Assembly: GCA_000320545.1 (NCBI GenBank)
Contig: ADNK01002344.1
Location: 1-50,904 of the forward strand
DNA: 50,904 nt
Origin: Bigelowiella natans CCMP2755
Lineage: Eukaryota > Protista > Cercozoa
Reading direction: 5' to 3'
Below, in pieces: positions 46,720-50,904 of the stretch. Every line of letters begins with the position of its first letter. Position 1 is the stretch's first letter. A program made the translations under genes and the position numbers. The notes under the pieces were generated by a model that did no database searches, had not been told where the DNA came from, and saw nothing but the letters and a program-made list of their open reading frames with translations.

Positions 46720-49126
46720 AGAAATATTATATGTATAAAATGTATAAAATGTGATGTAACAGATGTGAGAGAGCCATTCGCTCTCACACATCTGTTACAT
46801 CACAATGAGCTACCACCCAGGAAGGAAGAAATGATATTTAAGAACGGAGGAACACCCGATAGCTCAAGCGAGTATACACGGTAGCAGTAGGAGCAGCAGC
46901 AGCAGCAGTAGCAGCAGCAGTCGAATGCTCGGAGAAGTTTCTCTCTAGATCGATATGAATGTCCAGCTCGGCTAGCAATCTTCAGCTTACCACAGCATCC
47001 AGTCAAGCCTGGGCATGTGGCCCAGAGGAGCGAACGGGGGCGGACGTGTGACAAGGCCTGACGGCTTATACCTGGTGGTGATGGTAGTGGTGGGGGTGGG
47101 GGGGGGTGGGTGGTAGGTGGGGTTGCAGTAGGAGAAGAAGTATGCGGTGGAAATCGGAAACAAAACAAACGAACCAAAAAAAAAAAAAAACAGAAAAAAA
47201 GTTCAGCCTTTTGCACTCGGAGCTTTTTCCCGCTCATACTATTAGGCGAAGGGGTGGTAGCAGCAGCAGCAGCAGCGTCATTAGCTCGTTGCTGGCTCAT
47301 ACTTGAAGACATATTCTTTCCAGTGCTTGCCGTCGTTGGATCCCTCCACGATGAGCTCCCATCGGAACGTCGTCATGGACGCGAACAGCCCGTAGCTGTG
47401 GCCTACGTTGAAAGGGCGTAACAGCCGCGAGCTGCTCTCCAAGAACCCTGCAGCACGCATTGCAGGCGTCATATACGATCGATATCAGACATAAAGGCGG
47501 CGGTGGGATGAGGTGTATAGTCGTAGTGTAGTGGCAGCAATGGCGACGCCCCAGGCGATACGATCGATAACCTAGGAGGGCAGGGTACCTGCGAGAATAT
47601 CAGGGGGGGCTTGGTCGTTGAGCCGGAAAATTGGCGCGACGATGGCAGCGTAGATCCACGGTGCGAAGAACGCCGTGAGGGCCAGATGCGCAACTTTCCA
47701 CGCCAAGGGCATCGCGACCTGATGATAATCCAGAGCGCGGACGATGCAGGGAAGGAGGAGAACGATGTTGGATGGGACAAGACGCGGCAGCGAAGGACGA
47801 TGACGACTACAACGGCTACGGCTACGGCTACGGCTACGGCGGCGACGACGAATTACCTCTTGGTACTGGGTAAGAGCGGCGCCTATTTTGCTGGCGACGG
47901 TTCCCAATGGGGTCGAGAGAAAAGGAGCAGCAGCGGCGGCCGGGACGGCGCGCATGGCGGTGGCAGCAGCCGCAACAGAATCCGCCGACGAGGAAGGACA
48001 AAGAAGAGTCGGAAAGGTACGATGGACACTGGGCGGGATCCAGGACGACGACGATGACGCTAAATAGGCCAGCTTGGATGATGCGCAAGATGCGACGGCT
48101 GAGCAGGAGTGCCTGAGCAGGTCCACTGCGCCCCCGAGCCGCGAACCGAAGCAGCTCAAGAGCTCCCCAACTTGGCCTTCGAGACGCTTGTTGTCGGGCA
48201 GAAGCGATAGCTATCGGGAGAGTGATGTTATGTATTTATGTAAATCACGATGTTTTTTGCTATTATCCGAATAGATGACAGGGACACCGCCCAACCCACA
48301 CCCACCCTAGGCAGACATCGTCATCGTCATCGTCATTGTCATCATCATCATCATCATCATCATCATGCTGGTGGCCGACCGAGAGTGCGATCGTCAGCCA
48401 GTTGAAGAACCCGTAATTTCCTGCGCAGCGTGGGATGTAGTGGGATATGGTGCGATGATTATGATGGCGACGAAGACAACAACGTTGGTGAGTTCAGATG
48501 AGAGATGAGAAACGAAAGAGCTGAGTCCACAAGATTCTGTTTATCTTCCTTCCCCCCCCCCCCCCCCCTTCCCTCCACTACACCTGTAAGTATAATGCTG
48601 AACATAAGAGCCACGGTGCCTATGAAGCCAGCACTCCATAATTTTGGCAAGGGCGTCATGTACAAAAGAGGCAATCCAAGCTCCGCCACGAATGTTCCCA
48701 GCGCCGTGTAGCTTTGCGCCCATGATGGAGCTCTGGATGGGGGTGGTAAGCAACAGAGCAACGGCTATACTAACGGTACTGGCAGTGGTGGTGGTGGTGG
48801 TGATGTTTGATGATGATCGTGATGATTGCTGTGGCGACGACGACTTTTGGAGAAAGTAACGTGCGCGAAGCATTGTTAAGTTGGGGTAGATTTTCAAAAA
48901 AACGAAAAAAAGGGGCGAAAACAACAACAATGATTTTATCATCATCATCATCATCATCATCATCCTCTCATCATCATCATCATCATAAATCACAAACTCG
49001 CACGCTACCCGTGTGCGAACCACGACAGCTTATGCGGGAGGGGCTGCGTTTCGTAATGATAGTCCTGTGGTGTTGCATGTTCATCATTCGTCAATCTCGT
49101 CGTCATCACCACCACCATGTAGAGCA

Positions 49127-49170
<44 letters not shown>

Positions 49171-49396
49171 TCCACAAATATGATGATGATCGAGGATATG
49201 CCATGGCAATGATGGGAGCTGCTGCTACAGGGCGGCTGCTGCTGCTACCATGGCTGTGAGCGTCCGCCATTTGGGACACTGCGACTCAAGCTTTACGACC
49301 CCGCTAGCAAACATCACTTTGAACGCCAGCGCCCTAGACAACGCACACGACAAAGGTGACAAGGGAGGGGGAAAGGCAACGGTGTATTTGTTAACG

Positions 49397-49432
<36 letters not shown>

Positions 49433-50904
49433 GTGAGATCTAATACAGAGCTGGGTCGTTGTCATCTTGTTTTTTTAGCGGCTGCTGCTGCTGCTGCTAC
49501 TACTACTACTACTACTATTGCTGCTGCTGCTGCTGCACTCATCACGAACAACAGCCCCACCTGATGTTCCAGAGCGCGAGCGATGTCGCGAGCAGCGTTC
49601 CTCCCGGCAGTGCCAGCAAGGATGCGACTAGTGATTAATGACGACGACAAACGACAACGGTGATGATCCAGGTTATGGACTCGCAAATTAGGAGAATTAT
49701 GCACGGCGGCAGAGCAGGCATGCTTACTCGCCCCAGCCTCGAGGAGCAGCACATCCCACTGAAGGTTCGTGAATTGCTATAGGAAAACAATGGGTGAGGA
49801 GTGATCGCGGATACGAATGACTCGTGGCGCACATGGGAGACCGGGAAGAGATGTGCAGGTGTTGATAAGACGACGGAGAAGAGGAATGAGGAGGAGGAGG
49901 CGGAGGAGAAGAAGAATACACACCAAAAAAACACACATACATACAGGCACACACCTACCTCTGTTACGTCCGTCAAGTTGAGATATATGACCCTGGAGGA
50001 AAAAGATCAGGTAAGTGGATGATGACGACTCAGCTTGACATGATTTCCGAGTCTACGAACTCCCACAAACAAGAAAGTGCTTTGTCGCAGTGTTTCGTCG
50101 CCCGCCTTCTAACATCATCGTCGTCGTCGTAGCCGTCATCATCATGATCAAGGAGTAGGTACCACATCGAAGCGAACATCAAGGCCCACGTATACTATTC
50201 AGAGAATTAGAAATCAATGATGACTCGAAAATTGCGAACACAATCGTCTCAGTAGAGCTACGGCACAGCTCCTGCAGCACCTTTCCTCGCACTGTTGAAT
50301 TTCTATACATAGATACGTGTGCTGCGACATATACATGGTAGTAACACCTGGAGGAAAGCGAAGGCCTTGAGGGGGGCCAAGAACGAAGCCAGAGAGAGGA
50401 CAATTGCTAATACATACAGCATTTGTCGTCTCAGTGAATGAGCTGCCGGCCAACGATAATTCATATATTTTTACACATATGTGTATATTCTACATATTTT
50501 CATGCTTGTGTATGATCATTGCACGATGAAAACTACCTGAGTCCACCATCCTCCGCATGCCTTTATCGCTCGATCCAAACATTTCCCAGCATTTTTTCTG
50601 AGCAAGCAAGCACCAACCCGTTGGCTCCTGTCCGTCCTCTCAACTTTTGGTTTTTAGTGCTTGACCTAGTGCGAACCCCCTCCCCCCCCCTCCCCCCCCC
50701 TCCTCCTCTTCCCCTCTGTTACCTGTGCTCGGAACACCGCCCGATTCAACTGCTGCGGGACCTGCGGCCGTATCTTCATCCTTTTTTGGCTGCTCTAGGA
50801 CTCTTTCCACGTTGCTTCTCCACCTGAAGGAGCGATATTAGTTGTTGTGTATATTTCAGGTAGAAATGGCTTGTATCACACGATGGGGAATGCAATATGC
50901 CTAC
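45567..50904 (-). CDS. Lipase maturation factor (LMF1/LMF2 family) ER membrane protein; 5' end beyond the window
   Basis: Exon fragments: QWDVLLLEAG, FKVMFASGVVKLESQCPKWRTLTA, GTFVAELGLPLL, GNYGFFNWLTI, HSYGLFASMTTFRWELIVEGSNDGKHWKEYVFKY, PLGHMPRLDWMLW, WFMIFLQRLLQG, ENPFPEAPPKYI..LYDYH, WWHR. Stop TAG at 45567-45569. Confidence 0.88.
46470..46716. repeat. (GT)n and (AT)n intronic microsatellites in the LMF gene
   Basis: (GT)n at 46474-46516 and (AT)n at 46681-46716. Confidence 0.85.
46750..46804. repeat. Near-perfect inverted repeat (25-bp arms, one mismatch, 5-nt loop) in an LMF intron
   Basis: tgtgatgtaacagatgtgagagagc-cattc-gctctcacacatctgttacatcaca. Confidence 0.9.

Noticed and set aside
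1-50904. CRISPR arrays, prokaryotic defence systems, transposase or reverse-transcriptase ORFs, rRNA/tRNA
   Set aside because: None seen; the window is spliced eukaryotic genes with no spaced direct repeats or mobile-element motifs.

Overview
Intron-rich eukaryotic nuclear DNA. Two genes carry bipartite (signal peptide plus transit peptide) plastid leaders, so the source is probably an alga with a secondary plastid. A chlorarachniophyte such as Bigelowiella is a reasonable guess, but this is inference. Seven protein genes were reconstructed by hand: (1) the 3' end of a catalytically degenerate class III nucleotide cyclase-domain gene (+, to 1896); (2) a giant HECT E3 ubiquitin ligase (-, 30007..3120, 21 exons, about 8,100 aa by my exon sum); (3) a kinesin with an internal motor (+, 31378..35905); (4) a plastid-targeted PSRP-3/Ycf65 with a C-terminal extension (-); (5) a 7x CCCH zinc-finger RNA-binding protein (+); (6) a plastid-targeted phosphoglycerate kinase (+); (7) a lipase maturation factor (LMF) family gene (-, 5' end outside the window). 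The main finding is the giant HECT ligase. It has five dispersed copies of a ~130-160 aa module I do not recognise, several lectin-like or bacterial-looking domains, and domains nested inside other domains. Other observations are CTAG/CATG-rich tracts just downstream of gene 3' ends and a near-perfect 25-bp intronic hairpin. All domain calls come from motif recognition by eye; no database search was run.
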